This document shows positions 1 to 9,100 of a DNA stretch of 53,731 nucleotides, in pieces (within the stretch, counting starts at the first letter, position 1; every line of letters begins with the position of its first letter). This DNA is from a bacterium (GTDB taxonomy: Bacteria; Patescibacteriota; Minisyncoccia; Minisyncoccales; JAZDGI01). The notes under the pieces were generated by a model that was not told the origin of the DNA, did not search any database, and was given only the letters and a program-made list of their open reading frames with translations. The position numbers and the translations under genes were made by a program. The stretch is from contig JAZDGI010000012.1 of NCBI GenBank assembly GCA_043807085.1, positions 1 to 53,731 of the forward strand, read 5' to 3'.

Positions 1-3000
1 GCCGGACTTTATGAAAAGTGGGGGCCATATGTAGAAATTAACAAGGGAATCAAAGAAGAATTCAAACAGCAGCTGGTTAAAGAGCTAGGCGATGAAATTG
101 TTTTCGCGGCAGAAATATACAACGAGAATCTGGCGCAAAAAGAAAAGAAGGGGTCCGTCTTTAGCGTAATAAAATCAGCGTTAACCAGCGCAATGGATTT
201 GATTAAAAAGCAGATTGGAGAAATAAATAATAAGATTAAGGAAATGGCTAACTTGGGCGGAGCTCAAGTGAGCCAGATAACAATTGAATACGAGCCGCCA
301 GCTCCAGAGACAGAAGAAAAGAAAGAAGAAGGGAGGGCGGAAAAGAAAGAGTCGCCAGAATCCGTCCTTTCTGAATTTTCTGTTGCCGAATATTCGGTTC
401 TTGATATCAATCCGGCGGAAGAATCTGCCTCTGAACCGGCAGATGATTTGATAGAAGAAGAAGCAGTGGAAAAAAATGAGCATCAAGAGCCGCCGGAATT
501 AGTTGATATGGAAATAAGCGAGCCGCCAATAACGGAAACAGACAGGGAATTTTGCGAGAAAAAAATCGGCAGCCAGCCCTTAAAAAATAGCATAGTCTTT
601 GACGAAATTGCCTGGATGGGGACAAAAGCTTCGGCGGCTGACGAATGGATCAAATTAAAAAATATTTCGGAAAAAGGCGTTAATCTAACCAATTGGCAGA
701 TTTTAGACAAAGACCAGCAAATTAAAATAATTTTTACCGATGGAAAGCCAGTTTTGAGCAAGGGATTTTATATCTTAGAAAGAACGGATGATAATTCTCT
801 ACCCGATGCCTCGGCTGATTTAATCTATACTGGCAGCCTTAACGATACTGACGAGGCCTTGTATCTTTTTGACGCAGAATGCCATCTGATGGATGAAATT
901 CTGGCCAGTCCAAATTGGCCGGGCGGCGATAAAGAAAACCGAATCGCGATGAAAAGGAGCGGCAATTTAAGCTGGCAGGCTTTGCCGGGCGAAACAACCG
1001 TAATTTTTAATTACAGCGCTCCTCCCCCTCCGCCGTCTTCAGATATTTCTGCCGCGATTTTAAAAATTTTAATATCCGAAGTTAAAATTTCTCCGATCGG
1101 CGAAAGATTTGTTGAACTTTATAATCCTAACGCTAACGAAATTGATTTGACCGGCTGGTATATTCAGAGAAAAACAAAGACAAGCGATTCTTGGTCGTCT
1201 TTTATCACTTCAACGGATTTTGAGGCAAAAATTATTCAGCCCGGAAGTTATTTTCTCGTTGCCAGCTCTTCCGAAGCTGATATTTTCAAGGGATTGACTT
1301 TGACCGAGAGCAACTTCTTGATTTTAAAAAACGCAGAAAGAGAAATCATAGATGAAATAAATTGGGAAACCGTAGAAACTGGAAAGAGCTTTGGCAGAAA
1401 ATGGTTTAACGATAGCCAGGGTTATGGCGACTTTGAAATTCAAGAGCCGACTCCTAGGGCGAGAAATGAAAGTCAAGCGGCGGACGCGGCGATTGACGGC
1501 AATCCAACATTAGCCGTTGTCATTAATGAAATCGCCTGGATGGGGACAAAAGCTTCGGCGGCTGACGAATGGATTGAGCTTTATAACAATTCAAGCTCTA
1601 CGATTGATCTTGACGACTGGACATTGAAAGCTGGAGACGGAACGCCCTCGCTTACTCTCTCTTCTTCAACCGGCGCCGCCGCCATAACAGGTGGCGGTTT
1701 TTTACTTTTGGAAAGAACTGGCAGCAATACCACCGATATTACTGAAGACTATATTTTTACAGGCGGATTGAGCAATAGCGGGGAGAATCTAGAATTAAGA
1801 GATTCTTCGGGCGTCTTGATTGATTTGGTTGATTTTTCTTTAGGCTGGCCGGCTGGCGCCACGACATCGGCTTACATTTCTATGGAAAGAATAAACCCCT
1901 TAATTTCCGGAACCAGCTCTGGAAATTGGGCGAATAATAATTTGCTGACCCGCAACGGCAAAGACGCAGAAGGAAACAATATTAACGGCACCCCGAGGGC
2001 AAAAAATTCAGTTTCTTATTCCCGTACAAACATTTTTTCTCTGTCGGCGTTTGATGAGTTTCCAGAGATTAATTTAACCAAGCTCGGCAGTCCTTATATA
2101 ATTCAGGCCGATTTGACCGTACCGCTAGGCAAAAATTTAACGATTGAGCCTGGCGTGATTCTGAAGTTTAATAATCAAAAAAGAATGGAAATTGACGGAA
2201 GTCTGGAAGCCGCGGCCGAAACCGCCGACTCAATTATTTTCACCTCCTGGAAAGATGATCAATTCGGCGGCGATACAAACGAAGACGGAACCTCTAATTC
2301 GCCTTTCTATGGAGATTGGAGAGGGCTTTATTTTAAAGATAGTTTCGGCTCTAAATTAAATAATATATTGATAAAATATGGGCAAGAGAATATCGGAGTT
2401 GAAGGCGGAGAGATCTCCATAGAGGATTCAACGATAAGTTACAGCGAATATAAAGGGATTTGGCTTAAGAATGCTTCAACCACAATTGAAAACGTTGAGC
2501 TGCTTGATACTAACGGTCACCCCGATTCAATAGCTCTTCTGATTGAAGGCGGAGTGTCTTTGGTGAAAGACTCTTCTTTGAACGAGAGTTCATTTGGCAT
2601 AAAAATCACTGATTTTGCCACTGCCACTATAAAAAATAATTCTTTCGCCAAAAGCTCGTGGCCGATTTATCTCCAAGGGTCGGTGTCGCCTGAAATTTTT
2701 GAAAACCAAGCTTCGGAAAACGCCATAAACGGGATTGTGGTTGACGGGGGCGACATAGATTCCGACGTTGTTTGGTATGGAGGAAACCTTCCTTATGTAA
2801 TGGACGAGGCCAAATCAATTGCCGAAAGCGGCTCTTTGACTTTGGAAGCTGGAACAGTGGTGAAATTTAAAAACGAAGGGTATTTGAATGTTTACGGCCG
2901 ACTTATAGCCGAGGGAGAAGGGACAACGACAAATCCGGTCGTCTTCACTTCAATTCATGACGATACGTTTGGCGGAGACACTGATAATGCCGTTCATGTT

Positions 3001-3306
3001 TGGCCTCCTCTTAAGGCGATTTGGCGGGGGATTAAATTTTATAATACAGCGGCGTTATCCAGTTTAGACGGAGCGAGAATCAGATACGGCGGCGGGGGAA
3101 GCTGGGGCGCGATAACCCAAGAAGCGGATGTGGCGATTGAAATTAAGAATTCTATGATTGAAGAAAGCAGCTGGGCGATTTACAGCAACGAAGCTGACTG
3201 CGCAAAGGCTTTTGAAAAAATCAAGCTGGAAAAGACAACTTTCAGAGCCAATAATATAAATATTTATTTGCCAGCGCCAGTTGACCTCCAGTGCGAGCTT
3301 TTTTGA
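1..3306 (+). CDS. Large surface protein with three lamin-tail-like (LTD) domains and a C-terminal parallel beta-helix region; 5'-truncated by the window edge
   Basis: Frame 1 is open from base 1 (AGLYEKWGPY...) into the ORF called at 193. LTD-type motifs: (V/I)xF/INEIAWMG...DEWIEL (twice) and ILISEV...FVELYNP...IDLTGW. C-terminal FTSxxDDxFGGDT motif occurs twice among beta-helix-like repeats. Confidence 0.75.
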   Translation, partial: AGLYEKWGPYVEINKGIKEEFKQQLVKELGDEIVFAAEIYNENLAQKEKKGSVFSVIKSALTSAMDLIKKQIGEINNKIKEMANLGGAQVSQITIEYEPPAPETEEKKEEGRAEKKESPESVLSEFSVAEYSVLDINPAEESASEPADDLIEEEAVEKNEHQEPPELVDMEISEPPITETDREFCEKKIGSQPLKNSIVFDEIAWMGTKASAADEWIKLKNISEKGVNLTNWQILDKDQQIKIIFTDGKPVLSKGFYILERTDDNSLPDASADLIYTGSLNDTDEALYLFDAECHLMDEILASPNWPGGDKENRIAMKRSGNLSWQALPGETTVIFNYSAPPPPPSSDISAAILKILISEVKISPIGERFVELYNPNANEIDLTGWYIQRKTKTSDSWSSFITSTDFEAKIIQPGSYFLVASSSEADIFKGLTLTESNFLILKNAEREIIDEINWETVETGKSFGRKWFNDSQGYGDFEIQEPTPRARNESQAADAAIDGNPTLAVVINEIAWMGTKASAADEWIELYNNSSSTIDLDDWTLKAGDGTPSLTLSSSTGAAAITGGGFLLLERTGSNTTDITEDYIFTGGLSNSGENLELRDSSGVLIDLVDFSLGWPAGATTSAYISMERINPLISGTSSGNWANNNLLTRNGKDAEGNNINGTPRAKNSVSYSRTNIFSLSAFDEFPEINLTKLGSPYIIQADLTVPLGKNLTIEPGVILKFNNQKRMEIDGSLEAAAETADSIIFTSWKDDQFGGDTNEDGTSNSPFYGDWRGLYFKDSFGSKLNNILIKYGQENIGVEGGEISIEDSTISYSEYKGIWLKNASTTIENVELLDTNGHPDSIALLIEGGVSLVKDSSLNESSFGIKITDFATATIKNNSFAKSSWPIYLQGSVSPEIFENQASENAINGIVVDGGDIDSDVVWYGGNLPYVMDEAKSIAESGSLTLEAGTVVKFKNEGYLNVYGRLIAEGEGTTTNPVVFTSIHDDTFGGDTDNAVHVWPPLKAIWRGIKFYNTAALSSLDGARIRYGGGGSWGAITQEADVAIEIKNSMIEESSWAIYSNEADCAKAFEKIKLEKTTFRANNINIYLPAPVDLQCELF

Positions 3307-3338
3307 TATTTTTGGAAGTTCTTGATAATATGGAAAAG

Positions 3339-4094
3339 ATGAAATTCAAGTTTATCACCTTGAACCTTTGGTTTGGAGGCGTTCTTTTTGACGCCATTTT
3401 GGACTTTCTAAAAAAGGAAAATCCGGATATTTTGGCTTGCCAAGAGATTTACGACAGCAAGGATTTGTTTCTGGATAAGCGATATCGCTCTTTTGGCGTT
3501 TTGAAAAACGAACTCAAATACGGTTGGGCGAGCTTTGCGCCTACTTTTTCAGATGAATTGGTAAAGGGAAAATCCGAGCAGGGCAATGCTATTTTTTCCC
3601 GTTTTCCCATTATTTCCTCAAAAACAATTTTTTACGACGTGCCTTACAGCGCCAATTATTTGGTGCCGCTAACAGGTCCTTTTTATGTTCCTAGAAATCT
3701 TCAGCAAGCCGCGATTAAAGCAGGCGACATCGAGTTTAATATTTTTAATACGCAGGGAATCTGGGGAACAGACGGCAAAGACAATGAGCGGAGGTTGAAA
3801 ATGGGTCAGATAATCGCTGGCGCGGTAAAAGGCAAAGAAAACGCGATTCTGGCCGGCGATTTTAATATAGAGCCGGCTACCGAAACCATAGCCAAAATCA
3901 AAAAACACTTGAAAAGCGTGTTTGAAAACGAGCTGACAACTTCTTTTAATATGAAGCGAAAAGATAAGCCAGGGTTTGCCGAAGCTGTGGCTGACCAGGT
4001 TTTTGCCAGCGAAAACATAAAAGTTGTTGAGCATTATTGTCCGCAAGCGGATATCTCCGATCATTTGCCGTTAGTCTGCGTTTTTGAGGTATAA
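3339..4094 (+). CDS. Endonuclease/exonuclease/phosphatase (EEP) family protein
   Basis: Motifs ITLNLW, LACQE, GNAIFSR, AGDFN, DQVF, SDHLP. Start taken at ATG 3339 (3330 is possible). Confidence 0.85.
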   Translation: MKFKFITLNLWFGGVLFDAILDFLKKENPDILACQEIYDSKDLFLDKRYRSFGVLKNELKYGWASFAPTFSDELVKGKSEQGNAIFSRFPIISSKTIFYDVPYSANYLVPLTGPFYVPRNLQQAAIKAGDIEFNIFNTQGIWGTDGKDNERRLKMGQIIAGAVKGKENAILAGDFNIEPATETIAKIKKHLKSVFENELTTSFNMKRKDKPGFAEAVADQVFASENIKVVEHYCPQADISDHLPLVCVFEV

Positions 4095-4104
4095 TCTTTT
4101 TAAA

Positions 4105-4635
4105 ATGGACAAAGATTTTTTAATTCAACTTACCAAAAGACTTTATCGTTTAACCTTGCTTTTTCCCCAAAAAGAACCTTTGCGTTATAAAATGAGGGAG
4201 CAAGCTGATGAAATTTTAGCTGGTTTTATAGGCAATTCAGCTGGGTTTGCCGACTTGGCCGGCCGGGAAAAACTGGAGATTTTAGATGGTTTTTTTGAGA
4301 TAGCCAAATCTCAAGATTGGGTCAGCTCAAAAGATTGCTTAATTTTGCAGGAGGAGTATAATAAATTAAAAGAATTTGCGGCCGCAGCGATTAATTTGCC
4401 GCAAAAAGAAACTGAGCAAGTTGCGGCTTTTTTAACGCGACAGGAAAAGATTTTGGGATTTCTTAAAGAAAAGGGGAGGGCTCAAGTAGGGGAGCTAAAG
4501 CAAGTTTTCCCCCAGATCAGCAAAAGGACGTTGCGCCGCGATTTTGAAAACTTGCTTGGCCAGGGATTGATTGAAAGAAGGGGGAATAAAAACGATACTT
4601 TTTATCAGCTTAGACAAATAACGACCGAGATTTAA
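4105..4635 (+). CDS. Four-helix-bundle protein with a C-terminal DeoR-like winged HTH
   Basis: N-terminus LYRLTLLFPQKEPLRYKMRE resembles four-helix-bundle (IVS-protein/Avd-like) folds. C-terminus RQEKILGFL...ISKRTLRRDFENLLGQGLIERRG is a DeoR-type wHTH. ATG at 4105. Confidence 0.7.
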   Translation: MDKDFLIQLTKRLYRLTLLFPQKEPLRYKMREQADEILAGFIGNSAGFADLAGREKLEILDGFFEIAKSQDWVSSKDCLILQEEYNKLKEFAAAAINLPQKETEQVAAFLTRQEKILGFLKEKGRAQVGELKQVFPQISKRTLRRDFENLLGQGLIERRGNKNDTFYQLRQITTEI

Positions 4636-4636
4636 G

Positions 4637-4678
4637 GTAGGACATACATATATAGATAGTAGGACAGGTTGTCCTACT
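4637..4678. promoter_or_regulatory. Candidate operator: GTAGGACA direct repeat plus 9-bp inverted repeat
   Basis: GTAGGACA at 4637-4644 and 4659-4666. AGTAGGACA-ggt-TGTCCTACT at 4658-4678, 9 nt before the sigma ATG. Confidence 0.5.
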
Positions 4679-4687
4679 TATCAATTT

Positions 4688-5194
4688 ATGGAAGAAAACA
4701 AAGCAAAATTCAGTAAAATCTACGACCAGTATATTGAAAAGATATACCGATTTGTATTTTTGAAAGTAAACTCCCAAGAAACAGCTGAAGATATAACTGC
4801 TGACACTTTTACGAACGCCTGGGAAGCCTTTCAAAAGGGGCTAATTGAAAACCCGCAGCCGTTTTTGTATCAAATTGCCCGCAATCTTATAACCGACCAT
4901 TATAGAGAAAAGGGCAAGGCGCAATTCGTTTCAATTGACTGCGAGCCGATTATTGATCCGAACTTTAACCTAGAAGCTAGCGCCGCCATAAATTCAGACC
5001 TAGCGATCGTTCGCAAGGCCTTAGTCGGCCTGAAAGAAGATTACCAAAACGTGATTATTTGGCATTATTTGGATGACCTACCTATTTGTCAGGTTGCCAA
5101 GCTTATGGATAGGTCAGAAGATGCTACTCGTGTCCTACTTCATAGAGCGTTAAAATCTCTTAAAAATGACCTCAAATTAACCAAGGAAGTTTAA
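4688..5194 (+). CDS. ECF RNA polymerase sigma factor (sigma-70 family, regions 2 and 4 only)
   Basis: IYRFVFLKV...AEDITADTF...AW...FLYQIARNLITDHYR (region 2); ...QVAKLMDRSEDATRVLLHRALKSLK (region 4.2); 168 aa. Confidence 0.92.
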   Translation: MEENKAKFSKIYDQYIEKIYRFVFLKVNSQETAEDITADTFTNAWEAFQKGLIENPQPFLYQIARNLITDHYREKGKAQFVSIDCEPIIDPNFNLEASAAINSDLAIVRKALVGLKEDYQNVIIWHYLDDLPICQVAKLMDRSEDATRVLLHRALKSLKNDLKLTKEV

Positions 5195-5207
5195 GAGGTT
5201 TAAGGGG

Positions 5208-5235
5208 TGTAATAGATTGGTCTTTTTTCCGTCAT
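5208..5235 (+). promoter_or_regulatory. Putative ECF-type promoter TGTAAT-N16-CGTCAT upstream of the anti-sigma-like gene
   Basis: TGTAAT 5208-5213 and CGTCAT 5230-5235 with a 16-nt T-rich spacer. Resembles the Bacillus SigW/SigX/SigM-type TG(A/T)AAC-N16-CG(T/A)(A/C) consensus. Confidence 0.5.
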
Positions 5236-5245
5236 AATAAGTGAA

Positions 5246-6001
5246 ATGGGTGAAAACCTTCTCATAAATAAGCTTAAGAAGCTTAATCAAATTAAGCCCA
5301 GGCAGAACTGGGTTTTATCCGTTAAAAACAGGATTCTTTTTGAGGCCGAAGATATTCAAATTAAGCCTCAAACTCATAATATCTTTAGCGTATTATTTCA
5401 GCCGAAAACCGCCCTAATCGGGACCATGTCGCTTGCTTTGATTTCCGGACTTTTTAGCTTCGCCAGCAATTCGTTGCCCGGCGATTTTTTGTATTCCCTA
5501 AAGAGGGTGGCGGAAAAGGGTCAGGTTGCCTTAGTCCCGGAGAACAATCTGGCTGAAGCCCAGATGGAATTTACCAATAAGCGCCTGGAAGAATTAACCA
5601 AAATCGCTCAAGATAATAAGGTCAAAAAATTAGCTCCGGCAATCCAAGAATACCAGGCAAGCGTGGCGGAAATAGTCAAGAATTTGGCTAGGGTCAAGAC
5701 TTCAACTTCCAGCACCGAGGCGATTAAAGGAATTGCCGAACAAGTCCAAAAATTTGAGAAGAATAAGGAGATACTGAAAAATACTTACGGAATTGCCGGG
5801 CTGGAAGCAGAGGATGCTGTCAACCCGACTAAGCTGGTTGTTGAATGGTTGATAAGGGATCTTGAAGGGAGAACAATGGATCAGGATCGGACGCAAATTT
5901 TTAACGTGATAAAAGCAGATTATAACGCAGGAGATTACGTCTTGTCGCTGGAGAAAATCTTAAAGCTGAGCGAAATGGGTTATCCACAGGAAACCTATTG
6001 A
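5246..6001 (+). CDS. Single-TM DUF5667-like protein, probable anti-sigma factor
   Basis: One hydrophobic segment (ALIGTMSLALISGLFSFA) followed by SLPGDFLYSLKRVAEK and a helical extracellular region; lies directly downstream of the ECF sigma. Confidence 0.7.
   Translation: MGENLLINKLKKLNQIKPRQNWVLSVKNRILFEAEDIQIKPQTHNIFSVLFQPKTALIGTMSLALISGLFSFASNSLPGDFLYSLKRVAEKGQVALVPENNLAEAQMEFTNKRLEELTKIAQDNKVKKLAPAIQEYQASVAEIVKNLARVKTSTSSTEAIKGIAEQVQKFEKNKEILKNTYGIAGLEAEDAVNPTKLVVEWLIRDLEGRTMDQDRTQIFNVIKADYNAGDYVLSLEKILKLSEMGYPQETY
5980..5988 (+). promoter_or_regulatory. Perfect DnaA box (TTATCCACA)
   Basis: Exact consensus R-box, 9 nt upstream of the -35 of the S-layer-like gene promoter. Confidence 0.45.
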
Positions 6002-6026
6002 TTGGATGTTTGGCTGTTGTTAGAAT
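5998..6026 (+). promoter_or_regulatory. Sigma70-type promoter of the S-layer-like gene
   Basis: TTGATT (5998-6003), 17 nt, TAGAAT (6021-6026), with an extended -10 TG at 6018-6019. Confidence 0.65.
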
Positions 6027-6163
6027 AATTGAAATTACGGCTAAGAACTGGAAGTGATTTTTTTTGCTTTCCAGACTCTTGGTAAAGGTCGACGTAAAAA
6101 ATAGAATTAAAGATTATTAATTCAAAAAAACAAACAAAATCTACGCGAAAAAGATTAAAATAA

Positions 6164-9100
6164 ATGTCTAATATCACAAAAAAGATTATCGCTTGTGTTA
6201 CCGCTTTGACAGTTTCAGTTTGGTTAGTAGGTCCTGGCACGGTCCAAGCCCTTACTGCCGATGAATTGCAGGCGCAGATAAGCACCTTATTGGCTCAATT
6301 GACCCAGCTGCAATCGCAATTGTCAACATTGCAAGGCCAGTCAACAACTGGCTCCGGCAGTTCTCTGGCCGCTTGTTCCGGAATCACATTTGACCGGAAT
6401 TTAAGCCAGGGTATGTCTGGAAACGACGCCAAATGCTTGCAAGCCCTGTTAAATCAGAGCAGTGACACGAAAATAGCCTCGTCAGGAGCCGGCTCTCCGG
6501 GAAATGAAACTACCTTCTTTGGCGCTTTGACCAAAGCGGCAGTTGTCAAATTACAGGAGAAATATAAAGCCGAGATTTTAACCCCCGTGGGATTGACTGC
6601 TGGAACCGGATTTTTCGGACCGTCCACAAGGACTAAAGCAAATTCGCTTTTGTCTTCTGGCGTTCCGACCACTCCAACCACTCCAACCACTCCAACCACT
6701 CCGACTACCCCTGTGGGAGGCGAAAACAAAGTTTATTTAGCCGCTGACACTCCGTCTGCCAGATCCGTTGCCAAGGGAGCACAGAATGTTACTTTCGCAA
6801 AAATTAATTTCTGCGCCGCTTCCGAGGCCAATACCGTGTCCAAGCTTACTTTCAGCAGGACAGGTATCGCGGCTGACGCTGATATCAGCAATGTTAAATT
6901 ATGGGAGGGCATAACTCAGGTTGGTTCTACCCAAGCCATTAATTCCACTACTCATAAAGCGGTTTTTTCGTCTTTAAGTTGGACGATTGCCGCTAATTCC
7001 TGCAGAGTCCTAACTCTGACGGCTAGCATTGCCAATGGCGCGACGGCCGGCGATACTCCGAAACTGGAGATTGTTTCAGCTTCAGACATCACCTCAACCG
7101 TTGCCCTGGACGGTGTTTTCCCGATTCAGAGCAATTCCTTCACTATTGCCGGAATCGCAGTGGGAGCCTTAAACGTGGCTACCACTACTCCCTCCGGATC
7201 AGTAGTTGCCGGCGGACAAGAGCAGGGAATAGCTGGATTTATCCTGACCGCTTCTTCGTCTGAAGGAGTGAAAGTCACTTCTATTAAAATTACTGAAGTC
7301 GGTTCTTCTGTTAACGACGACCTTTCCAACGTCAAGCTAATGTATCAGTCAGCCCAGCTTGGCTCAACCGTTGCGGCTTTGGATGCCGCCGGCGCCGCTG
7401 TCTTTGATTTGACGGCAGCTCCATTGGAGCTTTTGGCCGGCACTTCCAAGACACTGACTGTTTATGTTGATGTTGGTTCTGGCACTGGCATTAAAGACAG
7501 AACGATTCAGTTTGAAATTACGGACAAGAACCATATTTCCGCTTTTGGCACCAACTCCGGAGGCAGTATTCTCTCTTGGGGAGCCAGCGGAGTTTGGAGC
7601 ACGACTAACGATGCCTGGCCGCAAAAAGCAGCTTCCATCACGGTTAATCTGGGAAGCTTGACTGTGGCTCAGGATACAGCTTACAGCCCGTCAGCCCAGC
7701 AATACACCAGAGGCACCAGCCAGAACAAGGTTGTCGCCTTTAAGTTTACATCTGGAGCTAACGAAGATGTCAGAATTTCTTCTTTAAAGCTTCGTTCAGC
7801 ATCGGGCGCTGGATTGCCTGACGCCAGCATTGCCAATATTACCCTTTACGACGCCGTAACCGGCGAACAGTTAAAGGATACAGCGGGCAATCTGATACCA
7901 GCAGCTGGAATGAGTTCTGCTTACGTCACTTTTGGTTCTTACACTACCGGGCTTGACACGGTTGGCTTGTTTGATGTTCCCAAGTCCACCTTTAAGAGCA
8001 TTTTGGTTAAGGCCGATATCCCGCAGGGAGCGGCTACAGCCACTGCGATTTTTGGTCTTGAAATCAACAATCCCACCACCCAGATTTGGGCTGACGGAAT
8101 CAATTCCAAGAATGACATTCCCGCAGCTTCAATTAACGCCGGATCTGCCACTAAAGTTCCCAGCACTGCTTTAACGCACGACATTATTGAGAAAGGAACT
8201 TTGACCGTAGCTCCGAGCTCGCAAACGCCTGCTTCGGCAAATTACGGAGTTGGCATAAGCAGCTTTACCATTGCCAAGTTTGATTTGACGGCAACTGGAG
8301 AAGACATTAATGTTACTCAATTTAATGTTCTCTTTGCCACCAACACCGCCGGCAACGCCACCACAACAGTGGCTGACTCCGCCGATGTCAACAATATCAA
8401 GCTTTACGACGGTTCAACTTTGCTAGCTTCCGATTCCCAGGTTTCTACGGGATACGCGGAATTTGCCGTTAATTTTGACGTAGCCAAAGCCACCACTAAA
8501 ACTTTGACAGTGGTTGTTGATATTCCTACAGGATCTGACGCCGGAGGTTTGCAAGCTTGGCTGGAAAAAGCCAGCGATGTTTCAGCAACCGGCCGAAGCT
8601 CCAACGTCACCATTACCGCAACAGCGGCCAGTTGGTCTCTTGTTAAGGGTAATGTGATGACCAAGGGTACGCCTATAGTCACAGTCAGAGCAGCGACCAC
8701 ACCAGCCAGCCAGACTTACATTCAGAATGCCACTCAAGTTTCGGTTTTAAGCCTTTTGCTTACCGCTACTCCGACTGAAGACGTTAAAATTACCAGAATT
8801 CAGATTGCTGTTGACGCCACTTCGTCTGCCACCAGCACAGTCGGAACAGCTTCAACTACTTTCAGCTACGGAGATCCGACTGGAGTAGTTGTCACCGTAG
8901 CTTCTTCCACTACTGGTTTGGGAACTGAATCTGTTAAAGACTACTTTGCCAATATGAAACTGTTTGACGGCTCAACCCAGGTTGGCAATAACGCGCCGAC
9001 AATTACCGATGGCACGGCTTACGACTACGCTGACTTTACCGGTTTGAATTTGGTTATTACAAAAGGAACAACCAAAGTTATTACCGTCAAAGTGGACGTG

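Noticed and set aside
4105-4635. Diversity-generating retroelement suggested by the Avd-like four-helix bundle
   Set aside because: No reverse transcriptase and no template/variable repeat pair with adenine-specific mismatches in the window; the protein has a fused wHTH.
6665-6712. CRISPR or phase-variable repeat
   Set aside because: A 9-bp in-frame coding repeat with no spacers; length change would alter only the linker.
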